Positions 33,932-43,499 of a stretch of DNA of 64,000 nt are shown here, in pieces. Where the stretch lies: the NCBI GenBank assembly GCA_963759785.1, contig CAVXAM010000009.1, forward strand, positions 17,593-81,592. Reading direction: 5' to 3'. Position numbers and translations under genes: made by a program. Positions within the stretch are counted from its first letter, which is position 1. Every line of letters begins with the position of its first letter. Under the pieces are notes generated by a model. The model worked only from the letters and a program-made list of their open reading frames with translations, searched no databases and was not told where the DNA came from. This DNA comes from an uncultured Chloroflexia bacterium. Lineage in GTDB: Bacteria > Chloroflexota > Dehalococcoidia > Dehalococcoidales > RBG-16-60-22.

Positions 33932-35434
33932 CTATCCCCCAAATATGAAACCTCCCCCACCTACCCTGGGTGTTTGAGAGCTCGAACTTGATGAAGAGCT
34001 TGTTTGTTGTATGACTACCTGGTCTCCTTCGCTGAGTCCGCTGGTTATCTCGGTGTATTGGGAGTTACTGATACCGGTTTGTACCTGACGGGTTTCGGCG
34101 ACACCATTAACCATCACCTGAACGCTGGTTTGCCCTCCCTGGCTGATTATTGCCTGCGTGGGTACCCGCAGAACATTAGAAGCTTGGGCGGTGATGATGC
34201 TAACGGTAACCGTTAAACCCTGGACTAACTTAAGATTGGCTAGAGATGCTTGCAGCGACTGTTGTCTTTGTTGAAACTGACTAATTTGTTCCTGTGTCAA
34301 GTTACTACTACCTGGCCCTTGCCCAAAATTTCCGAAAGGTTTACCACCAGAAGTATTACTCGAAGCAGGGTTATTATTCATAAATGATTGGTTTGAAGAA
34401 AGGGAGGAAAGCGACACCAGCTGCACTTGTGTTTCGTAGTTCACTACGCCCGATTGAATCGTGGCTGAAGGGGCGATGAAACTCACGGTAGCAGGAATAC
34501 TGACCGAAGATAGGGCTTCCACTAGCACAGTGGCTGCACTTCCTAGATTGATTTTTAAAATGTTGAGTTCACTAACCATAACCGTAGCTTCAAACTTATT
34601 AGGGTCAGCAATCGTCACCGCCACAGTTCCCTTTTTTACCTCCTGTCCGCCGGTAACATTGACGTTAGTTATTAAGCCGTCAAATGGTGCTTTAACTTCA
34701 GGGCTGGCGTTTTTGGCGTCGTTGAGAGCTTGGTTAGCTTCATCTAGCGCTACCTGGGCATCGCCAACAGCTAATTGAGCATCCGCCAATTTCGCGTTAG
34801 CATCGTCAACGGCTGCTAAAGCATTTTGCATGCCGAAAGTTTTAGCGATATTCAAGTCAGTCTGGGCGATACTCAATTGCCCTTCGGCCAGCTCAACCTG
34901 TAATCGTTTTATTTCTAACTGTGTTTCATCGGTTGTAGACGCCTCGGCTTGCTCCAGGGCGAGCTGAGCATTTTGAAGGTTTATCTGTGCCTGAAGGAGA
35001 GCGAGTTGTTTGGTTATTATCGTGTTATTGGCGGTTTGTACGCCTTGTTGGGTTACTGCCAAGTTTTGTTGAGCTTGGGTAATGCTGCGCTGTTTGGCAG
35101 TCAGAGTGCGTTGTGTGGTAGTCGCCTGGCTGGTTAATGTGTTAATTTCGTCCTGCCAGGCAGAGGTGTCCAGACGCGAAAGTACCTGGCCTTGTTTTAC
35201 CGAATCTCCTGTTTCTACCAGAATTTCCGATACCGTACCGTCTATCTCGAAGGGCAGGTCTTTCGTCTGGGAAAATGCTAGGTTGCCAACGCCGGTAATC
35301 TGTGTAACTATATTGCCTCGCTCGACCGTTGCTACCTGGCTGGTCGGTGTCGCTGCTTCAGAACCGCAACTTGATGCGAGAAGAATAAAAACGCCAACTA
35401 TCAGAAAAATCAACGAAATTTTTAAATACTTCAT
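33932..35434 (-). CDS. HlyD/MacA-type periplasmic adaptor (membrane fusion) protein, probable lipoprotein
   Basis: LLASSCGS lipobox-like; long A/Q-rich coiled-coil hairpin; beta-barrel region; Ser/Gly-rich tail. ATG 35434 follows AGGGGTG. Confidence 0.8.
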   Translation of the reverse strand: MKYLKISLIFLIVGVFILLASSCGSEAATPTSQVATVERGNIVTQITGVGNLAFSQTKDLPFEIDGTVSEILVETGDSVKQGQVLSRLDTSAWQDEINTLTSQATTTQRTLTAKQRSITQAQQNLAVTQQGVQTANNTIITKQLALLQAQINLQNAQLALEQAEASTTDETQLEIKRLQVELAEGQLSIAQTDLNIAKTFGMQNALAAVDDANAKLADAQLAVGDAQVALDEANQALNDAKNASPEVKAPFDGLITNVNVTGGQEVKKGTVAVTIADPNKFEATVMVSELNILKINLGSAATVLVEALSSVSIPATVSFIAPSATIQSGVVNYETQVQLVSLSSLSSNQSFMNNNPASSNTSGGKPFGNFGQGPGSSNLTQEQISQFQQRQQSLQASLANLKLVQGLTVTVSIITAQASNVLRVPTQAIISQGGQTSVQVMVNGVAETRQVQTGISNSQYTEITSGLSEGDQVVIQQTSSSSSSSSQTPRVGGGGFIFGG

Positions 35435-35638
35435 TGTTGCCACCCCTAGCTTTCCATGTGAAAATTTGCTTGTATATTATACTGTATACTACATTTTAAA
35501 GGGAAATAAAAAAATAATATAATAATCGACGGAGTTCCGCACCCACCGCCAAGACTATAACAGGAAATTGTTAAGAACTTATTAAAGACTAAGCAACGTA
35601 ACTAAAGCTAAATATTAACAGGAACTTAATATTTAATA

Positions 35639-35646
35639 TGTATAAT
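35639..35646 (+). promoter_or_regulatory. TG-TATAAT -10 element only about 10 nt before ATG 35657 (apparently leaderless transcript)
   Basis: TGTATAAT at 35639-35646; no Shine-Dalgarno between it and the ATG. Confidence 0.35.
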
Positions 35647-35656
35647 TAGGCGATAT

Positions 35657-38600
35657 ATGAAAATCAGGTACCTTGGACTATTTGCGTTATTTATAGTATT
35701 AACGCTTTTAGTACCACCGACGCAAGTGCAAGCTCAAACCGATGATGATGCCCTACGATGGGTAACGGTCGGTACACCCGGTGTAGCCAACAATATTGTC
35801 GTTACTCCGTCGGAAGTCAATGAAATCGCTGTCGCCAGCGACGGCACTATCTATACTTTGGATAGCAGCAATAATAAAGTCTATCGGTCTACTAACAGCG
35901 GAGCGAGCTGGATAGACATAACCCCTCAATTATTAACAGCCGGAGCGACAATGCCTGCCATCAAGATTGCCATCGCCCCGGATGACCCGAATATTTTAGC
36001 CCTGGTAACAGATAACGGTTTGGCGGTATATATGTCAAAGAGCGCAGGTGGTGTTTGGTTTAATATGCATGCGCCTGTTTCGACAGAAAAAATCCAGGCT
36101 ATTGCTATTTCCCGCCAATATACCGAATCTTATGAAGCAGTTCGGGAAGTTGCCATCGGCACAGCGGAGTGGGGTAACAGTACGACCACGGGACAAGTAT
36201 TTGTATGTCAAATCGGATTAGAATGGCCAACGTGGCAAAACCAGAACCTGACAATCGACCCGGCCCTCATTGGCGGGGAGGTATCGGCAATAGCCTATTC
36301 GCCAAGCTTTAAAAGGAATTCCGACAACACGATAATCGTCGTCGCTTCTACCAGCAGTGACGTTGATTCTGGCTACCAGAACCAGACCTTTTTATGCCTT
36401 GGCAGGCGGGACACTACTGCCGGGACTACCACATGGAACAACCCCACTTTTAGCGGCTATCCTGTAGCCATCGATACGGCCGCCGGCGACAGTGTTGGCG
36501 TTACTGAAATTATATCATCGCTGGCGCTGCCCTCGAACTACTCCACTACCGATACGGATACAATGAGGCTTTTTGTAAGCTATGACCGGATTCCTGATGC
36601 TGTTATCGCCAACGATGACGTTTACCGCATTAACGAAACTACCGTAACCCGTCTTAACGCCCACGGCGGCGCAGCTATTGACATTAGTAGTATCAGTTTT
36701 CAAGGCACGACTACTTCAGGCAAACTTATCGCCGGGGATGCTGGTCCTAGCATCGCTCCGGCAACTGTCCAGGTACGGCGGATGAATAACCCCTGGAATA
36801 TAGCGCCGACCTGGTATACGGCTACATTACCGCCCTCGGGTCCGGGTAATGCTAAAGTAATGTGGGGTTCGGATGGCACGGTTTATTGCGGCACGGGTCA
36901 AAATCCTGGTGTTGCCTTAGACGAGAGTGCTTTTTCGACGAGCACCGATGGCGGCGATAACTGGCAGCAACAAAGCCTGATGGATACCATCCTGAATATT
37001 TCCGACATGGCTGTGACTCCTAATTCAAAGACCATTTTCCTGGCAAGCTATTCTACAACAAACCCCGAAGGCATCTGGCGGAGTACGGTCACCGAGCAGG
37101 GATTAGGCGTTTATTGGTCGCGGCAGTTGATGGTTAATACCAGTACAGATAGGCTTTTAATAAGATTAAGTCCCGACTATCTTACGGATTATACAATCTA
37201 TGTCGTCGAGGCTGGGGGTACCATTCTTTATGTATCACACGATAGAGGGAATTCCTGGAAACAACGTCGCTGCCTCGGCGCAGTAATAGATGGCGTGGCA
37301 ACTGATAGAGATACCTTCTATGTTGCCCTGCCTGGGGGTTATATCCAATGGACGAATGATGGCGGCTTCATCTGGAGTAGGCCAGTAGCAACCGGAATAA
37401 CTGATATTAATACATTTGTTGTTACTGCAAATGGCAGCATTATCGTTGGCGGCAGAAATGGAGAGGTAGCCTATTCTATTAACGGTGGCGTAAGTTTTAT
37501 ACGAATACTTAATCAATTCGCTATAGGGGATATTCAGGTGGCAGCGGACGCCAATTTCTCCCAGAACGGTATTATTTATGCTGCTTCGAACATTGCCGAT
37601 AGCGGCATCTGGCGCTGGCAGATTAACACCTCTCTTTGTTGGGAGCAGATTGATAAAGCTATTACCGATTTGGGGGGTGGACAACGTATTGACGGTCTTA
37701 TAACCAGCGAAGAAGGTACTCTTTATGCTTTAAGAGCCGAGCCAATGGGAGGGATAAGCCGGTCACTAAATCCAGCGGCTTCAGATTATAATAATGAGCC
37801 TGAATTTGGCATCGGTGACCAGGGTCTACCGTCAGGCACTGCTTTTGATTCTACGATGATTTTTCCCCATACCCTCCCTTACCTTAAATTTTCTATCGAT
37901 GAAGGGCAGAACGAGCTTTGGTCAATCGATACTGTCAATGAAAAAATCTATCGCTTTAAGGACACCCTCGCGACCAGCCAGCCGACGCTAACTGCACCTG
38001 GCGATGTTCACCTGAATCAAGTCAATTCAATAACCGGTCGGGGATATGATGTCATCCTAAGCTGGAGTCGCCCATCTCCCAATACTACCACCTATGAAGT
38101 TGGTGTTTATGCCGATGCTGCCTGTACCAGACTTATCCAGTCGTGTAATGTAACGAATACCAGCCAAATGCCTTGGGTAGCCATGGGTCCGTACCAAACA
38201 GGCAGCCAGTATGTTGAATTTACTCCTGGTAATACGTATTACTGGCGGGTTAGAACCATTGCTCCATTAATAAGTCCCTGGTCGGTAGTCATTAGTTTTG
38301 CGACAGAGCATCTAGCGTCATCAGTGCCTAAATTACTTTCACCGGAGAACGGAGCTATAGACATTAGCCAGACGCCGTTTTTATCCTGGAGTCCCATAGC
38401 CGAGGCAAGCACCTATCGATTATTACTAGCCGATAATGCCGAATTTAACTCACCGATAGTCGATACTATGGTCAATGACACTGGCTTCGCGATAACCGAA
38501 AAACTCGACTACGGTAAAACCTATTACTGGGAAGTCAGGGTCGTATCACCTTCCGGCAGCGAATGGTCAACCATCGCTAATTTCACCATTATCGGGGCTC

Positions 38601-38809
38601 TAGCTGAATCCACACCGCCTACTTTGGTTACCCAGGAACTGTCGTCGGTATTTACCATTACTCAAACTATAACTCCACCTTCTTTGGTAATTACCGTGCC
38701 ATCATTTCAGGCAAATACAACCGTACCTGTTACTGTCTGGGTCGTCATCGGCGTCGGCGGCATCCTGGCTATATTTATAATCGTCCTTATAGTTAGGACA
38801 GCAAGATAG
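35657..38809 (+). CDS. 1050-aa cell-surface protein: signal peptide, BNR/Asp-box beta-propeller repeats, two FN3-like modules, C-terminal TM anchor
   Basis: Signal LVPPTQVQAQ; Asp-boxes STNSGASW, STDGGDNW, SHDRGNSW, TNDGGFIW, SINGGVSF; two modules ending TYYWRVRT / TYYWEVRV; tail VWVVIGVGGILAIFIIVLIVRTAR. Confidence 0.7.
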   Translation: MKIRYLGLFALFIVLTLLVPPTQVQAQTDDDALRWVTVGTPGVANNIVVTPSEVNEIAVASDGTIYTLDSSNNKVYRSTNSGASWIDITPQLLTAGATMPAIKIAIAPDDPNILALVTDNGLAVYMSKSAGGVWFNMHAPVSTEKIQAIAISRQYTESYEAVREVAIGTAEWGNSTTTGQVFVCQIGLEWPTWQNQNLTIDPALIGGEVSAIAYSPSFKRNSDNTIIVVASTSSDVDSGYQNQTFLCLGRRDTTAGTTTWNNPTFSGYPVAIDTAAGDSVGVTEIISSLALPSNYSTTDTDTMRLFVSYDRIPDAVIANDDVYRINETTVTRLNAHGGAAIDISSISFQGTTTSGKLIAGDAGPSIAPATVQVRRMNNPWNIAPTWYTATLPPSGPGNAKVMWGSDGTVYCGTGQNPGVALDESAFSTSTDGGDNWQQQSLMDTILNISDMAVTPNSKTIFLASYSTTNPEGIWRSTVTEQGLGVYWSRQLMVNTSTDRLLIRLSPDYLTDYTIYVVEAGGTILYVSHDRGNSWKQRRCLGAVIDGVATDRDTFYVALPGGYIQWTNDGGFIWSRPVATGITDINTFVVTANGSIIVGGRNGEVAYSINGGVSFIRILNQFAIGDIQVAADANFSQNGIIYAASNIADSGIWRWQINTSLCWEQIDKAITDLGGGQRIDGLITSEEGTLYALRAEPMGGISRSLNPAASDYNNEPEFGIGDQGLPSGTAFDSTMIFPHTLPYLKFSIDEGQNELWSIDTVNEKIYRFKDTLATSQPTLTAPGDVHLNQVNSITGRGYDVILSWSRPSPNTTTYEVGVYADAACTRLIQSCNVTNTSQMPWVAMGPYQTGSQYVEFTPGNTYYWRVRTIAPLISPWSVVISFATEHLASSVPKLLSPENGAIDISQTPFLSWSPIAEASTYRLLLADNAEFNSPIVDTMVNDTGFAITEKLDYGKTYYWEVRVVSPSGSEWSTIANFTIIGALAESTPPTLVTQELSSVFTITQTITPPSLVITVPSFQANTTVPVTVWVVIGVGGILAIFIIVLIVRTAR

Positions 38810-38921
38810 TTTTGCGCTTGAGTGAATCAAGAGTAATAACAGCTTGTTTTGTGACCCAAATAAAAAGCCTGATTGCACAATTATGAATTCAAACTGAAGG
38901 ATAGTTCAAAGGTTCTGTCTA

Positions 38922-38942
38922 TTGTACACCACCGCCCACCAT
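38922..38942 (+). repeat. 21-nt direct repeat TTGTACAccACCGCCCACCAT (left copy; matches the tRNA-Val 3' end)
   Basis: 13 nt ACCGCCCACCATG identical to 31750-31762; shares TTGTACA with the copy at 41614. Confidence 0.6.
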
Positions 38943-39025
38943 GCTCTCGGTTTTGTTCAACCTCATTGAGACCAACGATCTCTCAAATTATGATATGTCA
39001 GTAATTTTTTATATTGTCTATAATC

Positions 39026-40408
39026 CTATACCCCAATCAATGTAGTTACCCGAGAAATATCATCTACTTTTTCGAGGTTCAGTATCAGGTCTTTAATTCG
39101 TGACGAAGTTTTCGCGTCATATTGAGCGACTTCGGCACACTCCCTATATTTGGCTTCCAGCTCTTCTGGAGTCTGCGGATTTTGAGGTTCACCCTTAGGA
39201 TGCTCCACCTTGCAACTAAATGTGTTGCCATTATTCATTTTCAAGACAATTTCTTGATAACCAAAAACGCCATTTAGACGGTCTTGCTGTTGTGGGACAA
39301 ACTTGATTTTACGCATTAACCAAAGGGTATCGGGTTCTTTAACACTATCGTCAGTAAAATCACTTATCTTTACTTTCCCGTTTATCAGCGCCCTGGATAG
39401 GCAGTACGCCAGGCTGAATCTCCCCTCTACGCCTCTCTGGGGTTCAGGAGGATTACCTGCCCCACCCATGAAAGACGGCACGCGAAATTCTATTTCCGCT
39501 ATTTGCCGCCAATCAACCGAATATTTCTGCCTTAGCTGTAATCCTGCATCTACGCCAAAATGACTGATATGGGCACATGGGTATGCTTTATGCATCAACC
39601 CTGGTTTAATAATATTCCAAGGATTACCCAAAGCCTTGATGTTCTCCTCCATTGCCTGCTCTTGAACCAGTTCTGTTGTGCCAGTGTAGGCATTATAAAA
39701 GCCGCCAGGAATCTCAATGATGCCATAACGACCGGTGTATCCCTTTTGTGCCAGTAAACATGCTTCAACCCCGTTTCTGGCAGCATTACCGGCGTGTAGA
39801 TGTCCAGCCATCGCACCGAAATTTCGTATTAAACCACTGGCTAGAGATGCGGCAATGCCAAACGCCATCACAATCTGGCTCTCGTCCAGTTTCAGAATCT
39901 TTGAGACTGATGCCGTTGCTCCTATGACTCCTAATACTCCCGTCCACTCCCAGCCTCTTTTGCCCACGAAACTTTCCTTCGTCAACAGCCCTGTTTTGCC
40001 ATAGGCTTCAATGCCCAAGCAGTAAGCGGTTATCAGGTCCCTACCTGATATATGAAGCTTTTCACCAACCGCCAGTGCTGCCGGAAAGATTCCTGTGGTG
40101 GGATGCGCCAGTCCAACATCAGGAAAATCAAGACAATCATCATAATCAAGAACATGCCCGATACTGCCATTAGCCAGCGCCGCTAGAGAACAACTAGCTT
40201 GATATCGCCACCCGATAACTGTAGCTTCAGGAGCTGACATATTTTGCCTGACTAATTCATTGATTATCCTACCGGACGGGTCCTGGCTGCCAGCCATGGC
40301 TACTCCGATAAAATCCAGTATTGCGAATTTAGCCGCCGTTATCACTTCTCCAGGCAAGTCTTCGTACTTGGTTTTGGTGATGAATTGTGACAATCCTTTA
40401 GTAAACAC
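39026..40408 (-). CDS. MmgE/PrpD-family protein
   Basis: 460 aa; N-terminal LSQFITKTKYEDLP..., ILDFIGVAMAGS, overall PrpD-like pattern; GTG start after AAGGAG. Confidence 0.85.
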   Translation of the reverse strand: MFTKGLSQFITKTKYEDLPGEVITAAKFAILDFIGVAMAGSQDPSGRIINELVRQNMSAPEATVIGWRYQASCSLAALANGSIGHVLDYDDCLDFPDVGLAHPTTGIFPAALAVGEKLHISGRDLITAYCLGIEAYGKTGLLTKESFVGKRGWEWTGVLGVIGATASVSKILKLDESQIVMAFGIAASLASGLIRNFGAMAGHLHAGNAARNGVEACLLAQKGYTGRYGIIEIPGGFYNAYTGTTELVQEQAMEENIKALGNPWNIIKPGLMHKAYPCAHISHFGVDAGLQLRQKYSVDWRQIAEIEFRVPSFMGGAGNPPEPQRGVEGRFSLAYCLSRALINGKVKISDFTDDSVKEPDTLWLMRKIKFVPQQQDRLNGVFGYQEIVLKMNNGNTFSCKVEHPKGEPQNPQTPEELEAKYRECAEVAQYDAKTSSRIKDLILNLEKVDDISRVTTLIGV

Positions 40409-40603
40409 TTAATCTCCTTATACTTTTTAAGAATAATTAAAAAAAATTGCTCATCGTTAGAGGAATGGATATAAAAAATATATTCCTGTAATATTTTTTT
40501 GTCAACGATATGAGGTGTATAATTAGGTATGTCTGTATTATTCCCTGGGATACCAAACACCGGAAACCGATACTATTCTGACTATGAATAAGGAGAATAA
40601 GTA

Positions 40604-41596
40604 ATGAATTCGATCATTATCGATGCCTATGCCCATATCTCGCCTCCTAAATATACCGAATTAATTCGAAAAAAATATCCAATCATGTATAACAATATGC
40701 TTGGACCATGTGTACCTCTATATGACATGGACACAAGATTTCGTATTATGGATAAGTTTCCCGAGGTTGTCCAGGTCCTGACCATCGGTCCCGTGCCACC
40801 CATTGAGTATTTCGCCAATAAGCAACAAACTGTCGAGCTGGCAAAGATGGCTAACGATGAAATGGCTGAACTCTGCCTGAAATACCGTGACCGGTTTGTT
40901 GCGGCTATCGCCCTTTTACCCATGAATAATATCGATGCTGCTTTGAAAGAGACCGACCGGGCTATCAAGGACTTGGGCTTTAAAGGCATTTACGTCCATT
41001 CCAATATCAACGGCAAACCCCTTGATGCTCCGGAATTCTTACCCCTTTGGGAGAAAATGGCCAAGTACGACCTCCCTGTTTACATCCATCCCTGGAGACC
41101 GCCAGAATTTCCCGATTACGCAACAGAAAAAGAGTCAAAGTACAATATCGCCGGCAATTTTGGATGGCCTTACGAAACTACCGTCGCCATGACCCGGATT
41201 ATCTTCAGCGGCATCCTCGACAAATATCCCAACCTGAAGATTGTTACTCACCATTGTGGAGGTATGGTTTCCTTTTACACAGGTAGAATCTATCAACACT
41301 ACGGCAGTCAGAAAATGTTCCTCAAAAATATCACGAAGACTCCCCTGGAATACTATAAGATGTTCTACAACGATACCGCCATCCATGGCAATACTCCAGC
41401 CCTTATGCTGGCTTATGACTTCTGGGGTCCAGACAAGCTGGTCTTTGGCGCTGATTTACCCCTGGGAGACTTCTTCTGGGGCGGCCGAAGCTATCGCGTT
41501 ACTATCAATGCCATAAATGACATGAAAATACCTGACGAGGACAAAAAGAAAATCTTCGTAGATAACGCTTTAAAACTGCTGCGAATCCCGATTTAG
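40604..41596 (+). CDS. amidohydrolase_2 family protein (ACMSD/LigW-like decarboxylase or hydratase fold)
   Basis: IIDAYAHISPP metal motif, GIYVHSN, VTHHCGG, FGADLP; AAGGAG RBS. Confidence 0.8.
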   Translation: MNSIIIDAYAHISPPKYTELIRKKYPIMYNNMLGPCVPLYDMDTRFRIMDKFPEVVQVLTIGPVPPIEYFANKQQTVELAKMANDEMAELCLKYRDRFVAAIALLPMNNIDAALKETDRAIKDLGFKGIYVHSNINGKPLDAPEFLPLWEKMAKYDLPVYIHPWRPPEFPDYATEKESKYNIAGNFGWPYETTVAMTRIIFSGILDKYPNLKIVTHHCGGMVSFYTGRIYQHYGSQKMFLKNITKTPLEYYKMFYNDTAIHGNTPALMLAYDFWGPDKLVFGADLPLGDFFWGGRSYRVTINAINDMKIPDEDKKKIFVDNALKLLRIPI

Positions 41597-41613
41597 GTTA
41601 AAAACTCTACCTT

Positions 41614-41634
41614 TTGTACAGTACCGCCCACCAT
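41614..41634 (+). repeat. 21-nt direct repeat TTGTACAgtACCGCCCACCAT (right copy)
   Basis: Read directly, 18 nt after the amidohydrolase stop. Confidence 0.6.
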
Positions 41635-41672
41635 ATCCTGAAATATCAACAACCAAAAATAAAAAACATTAA

Positions 41673-41702
41673 GGGGATGGATTTGTATTTTCCATCCCCT
41701 TT
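41673..41702. terminator. bidirectional rho-independent terminator
   Basis: GGGGATGGA-N9-TCCATCCCC with T-runs on both strands, between convergent genes. Confidence 0.65.
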
Positions 41703-41728
41703 CTTATATCCACTAACGCCAGATATCG

Positions 41729-42754
41729 TTAATTAAATCGAGGCCGCTGAAGTATATTTTGTTCAACGTAGGTAATCAGTATATTGGCGATAATCGGGTC
41801 GAATTGCGAGCCGCTGTACCAGCGGATTTCTTCGATGGCGTCGGTTTTGGATAACGCCCGGCGATAAGGCCGGTCAGAAATCATGGCATGATACGCATCC
41901 GCTAAAGCGACTACCCTGGCTCCGAGCGGTATGTCGGTGCCGCTAATAGTCTGGTCAAGACCGCTGCCGTCGAAATGGTCATGGTGATGCGAGATAATAT
42001 CCACGACATTACCATTAACGAAAGGCTTGACGAGACTGGGACCGATAATGGCATGAGTCATGATATGCCGGTATTCGCTGGATGTTAACTCGCTCGGTTT
42101 GTTGAGGATGTTGGGGTCAACGGCGATTTTCCCGACGTCATGAAGCATGGCCGCCCAATGCAGGTCATCCATGTCTTGAGAACCAAGTTTCAGCCGCTCG
42201 CCTAACGCCAAAGTTATTTCAGCCACGGCTTGACTATGGTCTTTAGTATAGGCGTCACGAGATTCAAGGGTATTAACAAGACTCTGAATAGTCCCGAAGA
42301 ACATACGCCTGGGCTCGCCCTGGTTATTATCGAGCGTCTTGCCTAAATCCCGGAAATAGCGCTGAATTTCGAGGGTAATGCGTCGTTTATCTAACGTGCC
42401 GTTAATACTCGATAGCACCTGCTCGAACCGGAAGGGTTTACTAATGTAGTCCTGCGCGCCGTCCTGAATGCATTTGGCGATTACTTTAGCATCGGACACG
42501 CCGCTGGCCATGATGACGGCAGTTTCAGGAAAACTCTTGGTGATTTCCGGCAGAGTCTCACTGCCCGTCTTCCTGGGCATATTTATATCCATGATAACGA
42601 GATCAGTTGGTTTTTTCCCCAGTTTCGCTAAAGCCTCTTCGCCATTTTCGGCTTCGTCACAAACATAACCGCGCATCCCCAGACCCTTGGACAGAATGCC
42701 GCGTATGGATTCTTCATCATCAACAAGCAAAATGCTTTCTTTAGGGATGGTCAT
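41729..42754 (-). CDS. response regulator with HD-GYP-type phosphohydrolase domain (GYP degenerate)
   Basis: REC: LLVDDEE, IMDINMPRKTG, SKPF; HD: MLHDVGK; HHHDHFDGSGLD where HHE..DG.GYP is expected. Confidence 0.85.
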   Translation of the reverse strand: MTIPKESILLVDDEESIRGILSKGLGMRGYVCDEAENGEEALAKLGKKPTDLVIMDINMPRKTGSETLPEITKSFPETAVIMASGVSDAKVIAKCIQDGAQDYISKPFRFEQVLSSINGTLDKRRITLEIQRYFRDLGKTLDNNQGEPRRMFFGTIQSLVNTLESRDAYTKDHSQAVAEITLALGERLKLGSQDMDDLHWAAMLHDVGKIAVDPNILNKPSELTSSEYRHIMTHAIIGPSLVKPFVNGNVVDIISHHHDHFDGSGLDQTISGTDIPLGARVVALADAYHAMISDRPYRRALSKTDAIEEIRWYSGSQFDPIIANILITYVEQNILQRPRFN

Positions 42755-42914
42755 AGTCTCACCTCCTGGGGTTTTATCAAGTTTACGTCAGTATTTTAAG
42801 AAACTTAGGCTAAATAACACGTTAATTTCAAACACTAGCGTATAAACAATTAGTAAAGATTGAAAATATAGAGTAATAAAGGAAAAAAGCAGGGGTAAAT
42901 GGTATGGGGAGATA

Positions 42915-43493
42915 TTACTTTAGCGTTATAATACGAAGTTTACTGTAAATAGGTCCTTCGCGGGTCAGCTGGCTCCGCATCAGGTTAATGTTATTAACGT
43001 TAATGGTGTATTTTCCTTCAAAATTAGCGGCGGTGATAAGCTGCCCCAGTTTCTGCCGCTCGTCGGGACGGGCATAGTCGCGTACCCGCCCTAAGGTGAG
43101 ATGGGGAGAAAAGGGGCGGTTTTCCGGCGGAAAGCCCAGCGGCTTTAGACTCTCCTCGATACGTTTTTGGAGTTGCGCCAGTTTCTCCAGTTCGCCGTAA
43201 AGCCCCACCCAGATTATCTGGATGCGATTCAGATTAGGGAATACGCCGAGCTTACTGGCTTCAATACTGAACGGGGTTATGTTATTCACAGCCCCTTCCA
43301 AAGCCGCGGTTATCTTGTCGGTGCTATCAATATCAATGTCGCCGAGGAATTTCAGCGTCAGGTGGATATTGTCCACTTGGACCCATTTTACCGGCGAGTT
43401 GCCGGCAGACCTGAACTCTCTCTGGAGTTCAGCTAACGCCTTTTTTAAGTCTTCAGGTAGCTCGATAGCGATAAACGAACGTATCTTTTCCAT
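42915..43493 (-). CDS. thpR: RNA 2',3'-cyclic phosphodiesterase (2H family)
   Basis: Two HxTL motifs: HLTLKF and HLTLGR; 192 aa. Confidence 0.85.
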   Translation of the reverse strand: MEKIRSFIAIELPEDLKKALAELQREFRSAGNSPVKWVQVDNIHLTLKFLGDIDIDSTDKITAALEGAVNNITPFSIEASKLGVFPNLNRIQIIWVGLYGELEKLAQLQKRIEESLKPLGFPPENRPFSPHLTLGRVRDYARPDERQKLGQLITAANFEGKYTINVNNINLMRSQLTREGPIYSKLRIITLK

Positions 43494-43499
43494 ACTTAA

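Larger units (their letters stand above)
38922..41634. mobile_element. candidate 2.7-kb AT-rich cassette bounded by 21-nt direct repeats
   Basis: Repeats at 38922-38942 and 41614-41634 (19/21 identical); the two enclosed genes are visibly more AT-rich; no recombinase inside. Confidence 0.35.
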
